Shown here piece by piece: positions 32,126 through 41,294 of a DNA stretch of 64,000 bases. Positions within the stretch are counted from its first letter, which is position 1. Each line of letters starts with the position of its first letter. The translations under genes and the position numbers were made by a program. Location: NCBI GenBank assembly GCA_039189765.1, contig JBCCYL010000027.1:9923-73922 (forward strand). The letters run 5' to 3'. The notes beneath the pieces were generated by a model. It ran no database searches. It saw nothing but the letters and a program-made list of their open reading frames with translations, and was not told the DNA's origin. This stretch comes from Cyanobacteria bacterium P01_F01_bin.150 (GTDB taxonomy: Bacteria > Cyanobacteriota > Cyanobacteriia > CAKZMO01).

Positions 32126-33058
32126 ATGATCACTATCAATCAAATGACGGCATCGATCAGGAGTTACTCTTCACTTTGGAGCCTTCAGCCCCCTACTCCA
32201 TCAACTGCCCCTTCCATAACGGATCCGGCAACGGTTCCAGGTCTGCCGGAAACCTCTGAAGACCTGCCCCAGGGGTTGTTTGTCGACAATATTGGGTTTG
32301 CCAGTATTTTGAAGGCAGCGATCGCCATCTTAGTGGCCTATCTTCTGCTCTGGGCCATTCGCTCATCCACCTCATGGCTATCGGAAAATGTGCCGCGACG
32401 CTTTCGATTGGTCATCAAACAAACGGTTCCATTCTTGCGAGGCACCGTGCTGATTGGAACGATTGTCTTTGTGCTGCCGCTCTTTTTCGACCTGACTGGC
32501 CCCAAGCTATTGGCCCTAACGGGGACAATTGCCGTTGCCTTGGGCTTTGCTTTTAAAGATTATGCCAGTTCGATTATTGCTGGGGTGGTCACGCTATTTG
32601 AAGGGCCGTTTCGTATGGGCGATCGCATTCAAATTGGTGATCACTATGGCGAAGTGGTGGACTATGGCCTACGGGGGTTACGACTGCAAACGCCGGACGA
32701 CAATATTGTGACGATTCCCCACAATACCGCCTGGACGGAAGCTTTATCCAACGCCAACAGCGGTCAGCTAGAGGCCCAAGTGCTGACGACCTTTTATTTT
32801 GCCCACGATGTTGATACGGAAAAAGTGGTGCAAATTCTCTACTCCGCAGCCTACAGTAGCCGCTACACCCAATTGAAATTACCCGTAGTGGTAATCGTGG
32901 AAGAGTTACCATGGGCGACCCAATTTAATCTCAGGGCGTATCCGATGGATGCCCGTGACGAGTTCGTCTATAAAACTGACCTGATCCTCAGAACCAAGCA
33001 GGCTTGTGCGCGTCTCCAATTGCCTTACCCTCGTGTTCTGCAATCCACAACGACTTAG
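32126..33058 (+). CDS. Small-conductance mechanosensitive ion channel (MscS family)
   Basis: ALGFAFKD..SIIAG, PFRMGDRIQIG...GEVVDYGLR, PDDNIVTIPH. Confidence 0.9.
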   Translation: MITINQMTASIRSYSSLWSLQPPTPSTAPSITDPATVPGLPETSEDLPQGLFVDNIGFASILKAAIAILVAYLLLWAIRSSTSWLSENVPRRFRLVIKQTVPFLRGTVLIGTIVFVLPLFFDLTGPKLLALTGTIAVALGFAFKDYASSIIAGVVTLFEGPFRMGDRIQIGDHYGEVVDYGLRGLRLQTPDDNIVTIPHNTAWTEALSNANSGQLEAQVLTTFYFAHDVDTEKVVQILYSAAYSSRYTQLKLPVVVIVEELPWATQFNLRAYPMDARDEFVYKTDLILRTKQACARLQLPYPRVLQSTTT

Positions 33059-33088
33059 GCTAAAGCAACTGAGGGATTTAGGAGGTGT

Positions 33089-33784
33089 CTAGGTGTCGAG
33101 GGAGCCAAAGCGATCGCGATATTGAGCCAGCAGTTCCTCTGCCGCCAATGCCCTCTCTTCCGCCGTTACAGCCCTTTTCTTTTCCTGTTCAGCTTGTAAT
33201 TCTGCTATCTTAGCTCGTTGTTCTAATTCCAGCATCGTAAGAAATTTACGACCATCCGGCTGGTAAATCTCTAAATCTGTTTCATTGAGTACAAAACGAA
33301 TATTTAAGCGGGGACTAATCCAGTTATTCATTTCGTCAATTGAGGTAAGCGCATTGTTCTGGCGACAATATCCCTCTAGCTTAATATTGTCAGGATCGTA
33401 AATATAATATTCCTGAACCCCATATTTATCATAGAATTCAAGCTTTTTCTGCATTTCACCTTTACGGTTACTGAGTGACAAAATTTCAAATACAACCTGG
33501 GGAGCAATGTTCCCTTCTGCCCATTGTCGATACGATCCTCGGTCTCCTTTTGGACGGCCAAATGCAACCATGGCGTCTGGAGCTACTCTTAACGTATTGT
33601 TGCCTTCTACGGGATACCACAGCAAATCTCCAGCAACGAAGACATCGGGCTGGTCAGCAAACAAGATCTCCAAGTTTTCTTTGATCGTTACAATCCAACG
33701 AAACTGTTTAGTATTATCGGCCAGTGGTTGTCCGTCGCTGTCTGGGTAGATGATGTCACTGCTAGTGGAGAGAATAGCTGTCAT
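33089..33784 (-). CDS. Uma2 family endonuclease
   Basis: YPDSDGQPLADNT, VAPDAMVAFG, PQVVFEILS, GVQEYYIYDP, coiled-coil tail. Confidence 0.92.
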   Translation of the reverse strand: MTAILSTSSDIIYPDSDGQPLADNTKQFRWIVTIKENLEILFADQPDVFVAGDLLWYPVEGNNTLRVAPDAMVAFGRPKGDRGSYRQWAEGNIAPQVVFEILSLSNRKGEMQKKLEFYDKYGVQEYYIYDPDNIKLEGYCRQNNALTSIDEMNNWISPRLNIRFVLNETDLEIYQPDGRKFLTMLELEQRAKIAELQAEQEKKRAVTAEERALAAEELLAQYRDRFGSLDT

Positions 33785-33904
33785 GGGTCGCTCCTTTTAG
33801 GCGATCGCACTGCAAAAAATAAGGCTAACAAAAATAGCACAGAAGAACTATTATCCATATTTTATTGGCTACCCCAGATATCTCCAATGGGGAGTATTAA
33901 AGCC

Positions 33905-35359
33905 TTATGAATCAATTTGTTCAAATAGCGAAGACAGAACAACATTCGAAAATAGAAACCCCTCTGGATCGGTCAAGCGAATGTGACCGGAAGGTAGGAC
34001 GGGGCTGGAGCTAAATTCTAGATCTACGACTGGCTGAGATTGAGGTGTAGAGCAGGTGTCAACGTCTACCCATCCCTGTTTTTGAAACGGCTTAAGCATT
34101 TTTAGGATTGACAAAACCGTCGCTTCGTCAAACTGTTGGATTAATTGCTCTAACGATAGCCCTTCTGCTAGGCGTAGTCCCAACATTAGCGTATCCAATA
34201 GCTGCTCTTCGCGATCGGTCGGTTCACAATCATAGGTCAATGATGTGGCCCCATCGGTGACCCAATGGTTTACCCACTCGGCATAGGCTTGACGAGTGCG
34301 GGGACGGACAAATCGCTGCTGTTTGATATAGCTAGCGGCTCCCAGGCCAAAGCCATAGTAGGGCTGATTGCTCCAGTAGACCCTATTGTGACGACACTCA
34401 TACCCTGGTTTGGCATAATTGGAAATTTCGTAGTGACGATACCCTGCCTCCATTAATAGCTGCTGAGCCATACGATACATATCGGCAGTGGCATCATCCG
34501 TGGGTAAAGGAGAGGCTCCTGGTTTATACCATTTACCAAAGGCCGTGTTGGGCTCGATGGTGAGGTCATAGCCAGAAATATGGGTGGGTTGGAGCTGGAT
34601 TGCTTGGTGGAGCGATCGCTCCCATTTCTCCATCGTTAGATAAGGCAGCCCTGAAATCAAATCTAGGCTCCAGTTTTTGATGCCGACTTGATGAATATGC
34701 TCAATCGCCCGATAAATATCCGCGACTCGGTGTACTCGACCACAGGCTTCTAGACTCTCATTATCGAAGGATTGGGTCCCCAAACTTGCTCGATTAATGC
34801 CCAACGCTGCATAGCCTTGGAGCTGCTCAAGGGTAAAGGTGCCTGGGTCCATTTCCATAGCGCATTCTGCATCTGGTTGGATGCCAAACTGCTGTTCTAG
34901 AGTTTGGAGGATGACCCCTAACTGCTCGACCTCCAGAAGAGAAGGAGTCCCGCCACCAAAGAAAACGGTGCTCAGCCCCGAGGGTGTTAAGTCGTGGGGC
35001 GTGGCTTTAATTTCCTTGCATAAAATATTTATGTAATCTGCGATTTTCTGATCGCTACGTTTTGCCTCTGAAGTGGAAATTTCCGGACTGGGCGTTAGTG
35101 ATGGGCGATCGCCCACCACTGAAATCGGAAAGTCACAGTAGAAACAGCGCCGACGGCAAAAGGGAATATGAATATACGCACTGGAGATTGTCTCCTCTGT
35201 TCGACTGATACTGACCTGGCTGGAAGCAGCCTCACTTAACGTTATTTCACCTAAATTTGTCTTATTTAAATTTGCTTTATTTAATTTGGCATTATTTAGC
35301 GTTACGTGACTGAGATTTGTTTCATCTAAAAGTGAAGAATCAATGCGTGAATCAACCAT
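33905..35359 (-). CDS. hemW: Radical SAM heme chaperone HemW (HemN-like)
   Basis: AYIHIPFCRRRCFYCDF, FFGGGTPS, HYEISNYA, HNRVYW; N-terminal extension and uncertain start. Confidence 0.9.
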   Translation of the reverse strand: MVDSRIDSSLLDETNLSHVTLNNAKLNKANLNKTNLGEITLSEAASSQVSISRTEETISSAYIHIPFCRRRCFYCDFPISVVGDRPSLTPSPEISTSEAKRSDQKIADYINILCKEIKATPHDLTPSGLSTVFFGGGTPSLLEVEQLGVILQTLEQQFGIQPDAECAMEMDPGTFTLEQLQGYAALGINRASLGTQSFDNESLEACGRVHRVADIYRAIEHIHQVGIKNWSLDLISGLPYLTMEKWERSLHQAIQLQPTHISGYDLTIEPNTAFGKWYKPGASPLPTDDATADMYRMAQQLLMEAGYRHYEISNYAKPGYECRHNRVYWSNQPYYGFGLGAASYIKQQRFVRPRTRQAYAEWVNHWVTDGATSLTYDCEPTDREEQLLDTLMLGLRLAEGLSLEQLIQQFDEATVLSILKMLKPFQKQGWVDVDTCSTPQSQPVVDLEFSSSPVLPSGHIRLTDPEGFLFSNVVLSSLFEQIDS

Positions 35360-35639
35360 AGGTTGTATCGGCCATAAACCATTGTTTTTCCTTGCGTACA
35401 CTGGACGGTTATCACCACTCTAAACCTGTCATACGCCCCTTTCTTTATATACGTCACACTTTATAATTAGGGCAACAAAGCGATATTAGAATCTTGGTCT
35501 TTGCCAGCTTGCCCTCTAATGCCGCCTGTGGGAACCCTGAACAATAGAGTGAGCTGGGAGTGGACTTTCTTCACTACCCAATTCAAAAATAAGTATTGTC
35601 TACTGTTCACCTTCTGCCATTCAACTCCGCAGCTAAATC

Positions 35640-36716
35640 ATGATTGATGTCATTATTATTTTCGCGTTTATCATCGCAGGGGCGGGAATCGGCTTTTACT
35701 CCGTTGATTTGCTCCCTGCCGATGTACTGGTCAATGTTTCAAGCATTGAAGGCTTGAGCACAGTTTGGGCAGGATTTGGTGCATTGATCGGTATTGGGGT
35801 GGGGTTAACTGCTCAAACGGCTTATCGGCGTTTAGAGCAATCGGTAAAGAACATGCCGATAGACGTGCTGTTCAGTCGAGCGGTGGGATTGGTTTTAGGC
35901 TTAATTATTGCCAATCTAATGCTGGCTCCTCTTTTCTTATTGCCGATTCCCAGCGACTTTAGCTTTATTAAGCCCTTGGCGGCGGTTGTTGGCAGTATTA
36001 TGTTTGCCTTCTCGGGGGTGAGCTTGGCTGATACCCATGGGCGATCGCTCCTTCGCTTATTGAATCCAAGCAGTGTAGAGACGTTATTAGTGGCAGAAGG
36101 CACGCTGAAGGCATCGGCATCCAAGGTTTTAGATACGAGCTGTATTATTGATGGCCGGATTCAGGAGCTTTTAAAGACTGGATTTCTGGAAGGGCAAGTA
36201 TTGGTTCCCCAGTTTGTTCTGGAAGAATTACAAATGGTAGCAGATGCCCAGAATAGCCAAAAACGTGGCCGAGGTCGCCGAGGTCTCGATATTCTCAAGC
36301 AGATGCAAGAAACTTATCCAGACCGAATTGTAATTCACCCTGCGGATTATGACGATATTCCCAAAGTGGATGCCAAGCTAGTGAGATTGGCCCAAGAAAT
36401 CAATGGAGCGCTTCTTACTAACGATTACAACCTCAATAAGGTGGCAACGCTCCAGCAAGTTCCGGTGCTTAATGTTAACGATCTGGCTAAGGCGCTTCGT
36501 CCCAATTATTTACCAGGGGATAGCTTAGATCTGAAGATTGTTAAACAAGGAAAAGAGCAAACCCAAGGTGTGGGTTACCTGAGCGATGGCACGATGGTGG
36601 TTGTGGAGGAAGGCAGCAACTATGTGGGTAGTGAACTGCCCGTTGTGGTAACAGGGGCACTGCAAACGTCGGCAGGTCGGATGATTTTTGCCAAACCGGA
36701 ATCCGTAATGGCTTAA
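35640..36716 (+). CDS. Membrane-anchored PIN/TRAM domain protein (YacL-like)
   Basis: Four TM segments, LDTSCIIDGRI, RGRRGLD, TNDYNLNK, GVGYLSDGTMVVVE, LQTSAGRMIF. Confidence 0.92.
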   Translation: MIDVIIIFAFIIAGAGIGFYSVDLLPADVLVNVSSIEGLSTVWAGFGALIGIGVGLTAQTAYRRLEQSVKNMPIDVLFSRAVGLVLGLIIANLMLAPLFLLPIPSDFSFIKPLAAVVGSIMFAFSGVSLADTHGRSLLRLLNPSSVETLLVAEGTLKASASKVLDTSCIIDGRIQELLKTGFLEGQVLVPQFVLEELQMVADAQNSQKRGRGRRGLDILKQMQETYPDRIVIHPADYDDIPKVDAKLVRLAQEINGALLTNDYNLNKVATLQQVPVLNVNDLAKALRPNYLPGDSLDLKIVKQGKEQTQGVGYLSDGTMVVVEEGSNYVGSELPVVVTGALQTSAGRMIFAKPESVMA

Positions 36717-36858
36717 TGCTTAAATGCTTATTGTTTTTAGTTCTCCAATCCCCCCCTTTGCTTGGAGCAAGATCTTGAGGGGGGACTGGCGATCGCCTAA
36801 TCAAAAAACTGAAGTAGTGGATATCAATATTGCTTGGGGATTGAACACAATCCTCCAA

Positions 36859-37539
36859 TCATGCTTGGCTCAACATTTCAATCAGGGCAGGCTTTTTCAG
36901 TTTGGAGTATCCTGAGAGCTTTCGTTTTTTTGCCATCGCCTTCAGCTCGGTAGCTGTGAATAGTTCCAGAAAAGCTGGATCAGTTATTACCTCTGGCATT
37001 GGTTCAGGCTCCAAAAAGAAGATTGTCCCCAATACATCTAACTTCTTACCTCCAGTGATTCCACATTTTAGCTTTGGAATAGGCTTCAGGTTTTCCCAGT
37101 ATTGCCGTCCTGGAGCTTCGTCAATGCCTGCAATCGCAGAAGCGAGATTGACTCCTTTTAGAGGTTTATCGGGGAGTGATTTCAGGTAATCTAGTGCTGC
37201 TGAAATTTCATCTCGGCTAGCTGTCGAAAGATTGGTCTTGGGCGTTAACTCACCTGCTAGTGCCTTAGTCATCGCAATCGACTCTGGGGATGGATCAATG
37301 ATGATGCACCAGACTTCTTTCGCTTCAGCCTCAGCAGCAACTGCATAGACAAATGAATTGCCGACTACTTGGTATTGTTCAACATCCACCTCTTCCACAA
37401 TAAGAGGGACCCAGTTGCGATCGCTCCCTAGTAAATTGGCCGTTGATTGGATTAGGTATTCATGGGCGTCAGTTGGATCACCCGGTTCAATATCATCAAA
37501 CGGCAAGCACATTAAATTGCCAACAATTGAAAGGCTCAT
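36859..37539 (-). CDS. Degenerate ParB-like N-domain + helix-hairpin-helix + Rho-N domain protein
   Basis: NWVPLIVEEV...YQVVGN...AAEAEAKEVWCII; NLSTASRDEI; TATELKAMAKKRKLSGYSKLKKPALIEML. Confidence 0.7.
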   Translation of the reverse strand: MSLSIVGNLMCLPFDDIEPGDPTDAHEYLIQSTANLLGSDRNWVPLIVEEVDVEQYQVVGNSFVYAVAAEAEAKEVWCIIIDPSPESIAMTKALAGELTPKTNLSTASRDEISAALDYLKSLPDKPLKGVNLASAIAGIDEAPGRQYWENLKPIPKLKCGITGGKKLDVLGTIFFLEPEPMPEVITDPAFLELFTATELKAMAKKRKLSGYSKLKKPALIEMLSQA

Positions 37540-38885
37540 TAGACAAAGTACTCCTTGATTAAAAGTTTGTACTGATCACGAACATTTTTGTAGTTAAAAG
37601 CAGCCGGTACATGAAGAAAGTCAGCCTTTGAAACATAAGCCATATGAGGGATAGCAATCATTTGAAGATTCTGCTTCCCAGGCGTCTTTTTGGGATAAAA
37701 GAACGGCGTTAGGTTGTACCCATTCGCTTTGCCCTTTTTTATAATCGCAGCGATCGCCTCATGCATCAGCCTAATTTGGGCAGGAGCTTCTCTGTTGGCA
37801 TTGTTCATAAAAATGGGTAATGCCATAGGCCCAGCCTCTCCATATCTACCCCGTTCAGCTTGAATCTCAGGGATATATTGGGTAATAACGGTACCTGCAT
37901 TCTGAAGGGAATGTAAGTTGTCATGTCTTGCCGGAATTAAGACCACATCAGCCGCAAAAAGAGCGAGCTGGGAGAATATCCGCCAATTTGGTGGGGCATC
38001 AATCAGGATATAATCGTAATCATTTTTGACAGCCTTAATTGCTTTCTGTAAGGCATTCCAGCGAAGTTGTTGCCTCAGCTCAACTTCATTAGTTGTGGTT
38101 ACCATCTCTTCATCAGCCAGAACAACATCAAAGCCGATGGGCTGCTTCAACTTGGGATGTTGAAACACGTATGGCTTGATGACCTCTCGAATATCCGCCC
38201 CTTTTAACACGCCCAGCATTTGCCCATAAATAGGAGGCATGTTTAGTGAATCCCCTAAGTCGCTTTGGTTGGGATCAAAGTCAATAATCAGAACCTTTTT
38301 GCCTAGAACTCTTAATGTAGCTGCCAGGTTAATCGTGGTGGTAGTTTTCCCAACCCCCCCCTTATTGTTATAGATAGCAGCCACTAACGCTCGTTTAGGA
38401 CTATGAATCGTTTCCTTGAGAGTGCCGATGAACTTCTCAACATCATCGAATGGCATCAACGGAGTCATCGGGTGAACAACTTTCCCGTGCCTTCGAAATA
38501 GTTGGATGTCAATGGAGTTGGTTAATATCCCCCATTTTGCCGTCCTCGATTCTGACCCGAGCAAATATCCTTTTAGTTGAGCAGCTGCCTTGGTATAAAT
38601 TTTATGGCCTTTGGCGAATGTCTCAGTCCTCCCCTTGACTTCCATACAGAGGAATGGGTTAACTCGAGTGTGGGCAAAAATGTCACCATCGTCCACATTT
38701 TTGCGGGCAGCATGGTCAGCAATCCTTGAAGGCCTATTGTTTGCCTTAAATCCGGGGGCGATTTCCATATCGCCAAACCCCAATGCATTTAGAAGCGGCT
38801 TCGAAAAGATAGCTTCGACAGCGGCTTCAGGAGCGTCAGGGGCTAGAGCTTGTAGAGCACGCTTCACCTCATTTATATATTCCAT
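37539..38885 (-). CDS. ParA/Soj-family ATPase with N-terminal HsdR_N-like restriction-nuclease domain
   Basis: NNKGGVGKTT, IIDFDPNQ, YDYILIDAPP; N-terminal IADH..., MEVKG, QLKGY, WGILTNS..IQLFR. Confidence 0.85.
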   Translation of the reverse strand: MEYINEVKRALQALAPDAPEAAVEAIFSKPLLNALGFGDMEIAPGFKANNRPSRIADHAARKNVDDGDIFAHTRVNPFLCMEVKGRTETFAKGHKIYTKAAAQLKGYLLGSESRTAKWGILTNSIDIQLFRRHGKVVHPMTPLMPFDDVEKFIGTLKETIHSPKRALVAAIYNNKGGVGKTTTTINLAATLRVLGKKVLIIDFDPNQSDLGDSLNMPPIYGQMLGVLKGADIREVIKPYVFQHPKLKQPIGFDVVLADEEMVTTTNEVELRQQLRWNALQKAIKAVKNDYDYILIDAPPNWRIFSQLALFAADVVLIPARHDNLHSLQNAGTVITQYIPEIQAERGRYGEAGPMALPIFMNNANREAPAQIRLMHEAIAAIIKKGKANGYNLTPFFYPKKTPGKQNLQMIAIPHMAYVSKADFLHVPAAFNYKNVRDQYKLLIKEYFV

Positions 38886-39316
38886 CGGGACTCAACCAGT
38901 AACGACAAGCGTATGGCCAAATATTAGCCTTGCTTATCTGTTACCATACCCATACCCTTGCCTATTCATGCATTCTTTACAAATATGTAGTTAGTGCATA
39001 AGTTTCAAGGCATTTACGGTATTTGTTCAGATCGTGGCAATGGTGAAAGTCGTATTGGTCCTTTTGAGCATCATGATTTGATTGGACCATTTCACTCTTG
39101 GCTATCGTGAATTAAATCCCAGGATTGTAGCTTGATCTCAGGGTGATTTTTCTACACACGACAGTCTTGACGCAACGATTGCCCTAAAACTGCCTGAATG
39201 TTTAGAGCGGTCAGGCCAAAATAGGGAAGAGAGATCGGATGCCTATACTGTGTAGAGTAAAAATAGAATTCCTGAAAATAATACAGCTTTTTTATCGCTG
39301 AAGGTTGGTGTTCGGT

Positions 39317-40516
39317 TTACCTCTCTAGCTGACAAGATTCACCACAACTATTCCAGATATACTCTGGTTCGGTTTGGTCTAGGGAGGATGATTTAAACCA
39401 CTGCTCAACCCCAAATCCGAGAGAACGGGCAGAGCTGGGAACGGTAGGAATTAGGTGATTGATAATAAATTGACGGGCGATCGCCGTTTCCAATACCGAT
39501 GACCAAACAACGTCCAGCTTATGTTGCCGACAAAATTGCCTAAGACGACTGGGAGAACCAGCGATCGCCGCCTTCACGACAAACACGCTCCGCCAGCCTT
39601 TTTTATAGCAATCTTCTAGCTGGGTAAACGTTGCCACCGATTCATCCAGAGCAAGGGGCGTTTGATAGTGCCGCGATAGATACAAGAGGTCCTCAAAACG
39701 GTCAGGTGGTAAAGGCTGCTCTAAAAATTCGATTGTGGGGACCTTAGAGAATCTGAAATCGGTCAAAGGCGTTGATGCATATTGAGGATGACCCTGACTA
39801 TGGCTCTGATTATTTAATTGGTCACACAGATCCAGCCATTGACGGGCAGTTTCCATCGACAACCCACCATTAGCATCTAAACGAATAGTCGCGGCTGGCG
39901 GCAGAGATGCGAACAACTGTCTGAACAAGGTCAGTTCTGATTGAACGCTATCAACACCAATTTTCCATTTAAAGCTCTGCGAGCCTTTGTTCCAGGATAT
40001 CTGCCAAGCCGTTAATGCTGCTTTGCCAGTGGGCAGAAGCTGGCAGCAAGGAGGCACTGACGGTAAAGTTTTTATTGAGTCGTGTGTTGAATTATCTGGC
40101 TTGGTATTTTGGCTTTGATTTAGTAACTGTGAGGAGGCTTGTATGGCGATACTCTCTTGCTGGGCGATCGCGGTTTGTAAGGATTCAATCGCGGATTCAA
40201 ATCCAAATTGGCTCGCAGGATAGTTCTCTGGAAGTGATAATAAATCAGTACGCTTGGCAAATGGTCCCAGTTTTTTACAAAGGTCCAAAGCCTCCTCAAG
40301 CGATTCGCTTCCAAACCAAGGTAAAGGAGCAATTTCGCCAAAGCTGATATGGCCCTGTTTCGTAGAAAGTCTGATCAGGATGCCTTGGCGTTCTGTCCAT
40401 GCTCCATGATGAGTATGAAGCGGAATACGAAAAGGACGTGAATATACTCGGTAATCCAGACGGTAGAGCAAATTGGGAATGTTAGGGTTGAATGAAGCTT
40501 TGAGCATTGCCAACAC
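39317..40516 (-). CDS. menC: o-succinylbenzoate synthase
   Basis: GEIAPLPWFGSE, FKWKIG, RLDANGG, EFLEQPL, LALDES, VVWSSVLET. Confidence 0.9.
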   Translation of the reverse strand: MLAMLKASFNPNIPNLLYRLDYRVYSRPFRIPLHTHHGAWTERQGILIRLSTKQGHISFGEIAPLPWFGSESLEEALDLCKKLGPFAKRTDLLSLPENYPASQFGFESAIESLQTAIAQQESIAIQASSQLLNQSQNTKPDNSTHDSIKTLPSVPPCCQLLPTGKAALTAWQISWNKGSQSFKWKIGVDSVQSELTLFRQLFASLPPAATIRLDANGGLSMETARQWLDLCDQLNNQSHSQGHPQYASTPLTDFRFSKVPTIEFLEQPLPPDRFEDLLYLSRHYQTPLALDESVATFTQLEDCYKKGWRSVFVVKAAIAGSPSRLRQFCRQHKLDVVWSSVLETAIARQFIINHLIPTVPSSARSLGFGVEQWFKSSSLDQTEPEYIWNSCGESCQLER

Positions 40517-40584
40517 CCATCGTTTTTTATAGGGAAGACCGTTATCAATACCCGTAGTTTCCTACAGAATAGGCCTAAAGGATC

Positions 40585-41133
40585 ATGACTCTAGAACCCA
40601 CTACTGTAATCCTTCAAGCACTGGATTTTGCGGCCCGAAAACATAAGCATCAACGGCGTAAAGGCTTTGATGCGGTTCCTTATATTAATCATCCCATTGA
40701 ATTAGTAACAGTGCTTTGGCACAAAGGTGGAATCCGAGACGAAGTCGTGATTGCCGCAGCCCTACTCCACGATACCGTTGAAGACACGGATACCAGTTTT
40801 GATGAGTTGGAGCGGGAATTTGGTGTGGAAATTCGCAACGTTGTGGCAGAAGTGACGGATGATAAAACTCTTCCCAAAGCCGAACGTAAGCAACAGCAGA
40901 TCGATCATGCGCCCTATCTCACTCCTCAGGCACGGCTGGTCAAACTCGCCGATAAGATTGTCAATCTTACAGATATGCTGGTCGCCCCACCGAATAATTG
41001 GTCCAAGCAGCGCAAGTATGAATACGTGCAGTGGGGAAAACGAGTGATTGACCCCATTCGAGGCACTCATTCTGAGCTAGAGAGACTGTTTGATGAGGTC
41101 TATCGGCAGGGGGTTGAGGAGTTTGGGAGTTGA
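40585..41133 (+). CDS. HD-domain small alarmone hydrolase (Mesh1/HDDC3-like)
   Basis: FAARKHKHQRRK, PYINHP, AALLHDTVEDT, EVTDDK, VKLADKI. Confidence 0.88.
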   Translation: MTLEPTTVILQALDFAARKHKHQRRKGFDAVPYINHPIELVTVLWHKGGIRDEVVIAAALLHDTVEDTDTSFDELEREFGVEIRNVVAEVTDDKTLPKAERKQQQIDHAPYLTPQARLVKLADKIVNLTDMLVAPPNNWSKQRKYEYVQWGKRVIDPIRGTHSELERLFDEVYRQGVEEFGS

Positions 41134-41232
41134 GGGGTTGGGGAGTTGGGGAGTTGGAGATGCGTAGGATGTGTTAGGCGACAACCGTAACGCATCATCG
41201 GGATTTTGGTTAGGGAGTTGGGGAGTTGAGGC
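41110..41232 (+). repeat. GGG(G/A)GTT(G) short tandem repeats spanning the HD gene end
   Basis: ggggttgaggagtttgggagttgaggggttgggagttggggagttggag ... gggagttggggagttgag. Confidence 0.7.
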
Positions 41233-41294
41233 GGTTGAGAATGCTATGGAATCAGGGTTAAGTTTTTTGGGGATTCTGTCTTTCATGGTGAACA

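Noticed and set aside
35640..36716. PIN protein as a VapC toxin
   Set aside because: Membrane-anchored PIN/TRAM housekeeping family with no antitoxin gene.
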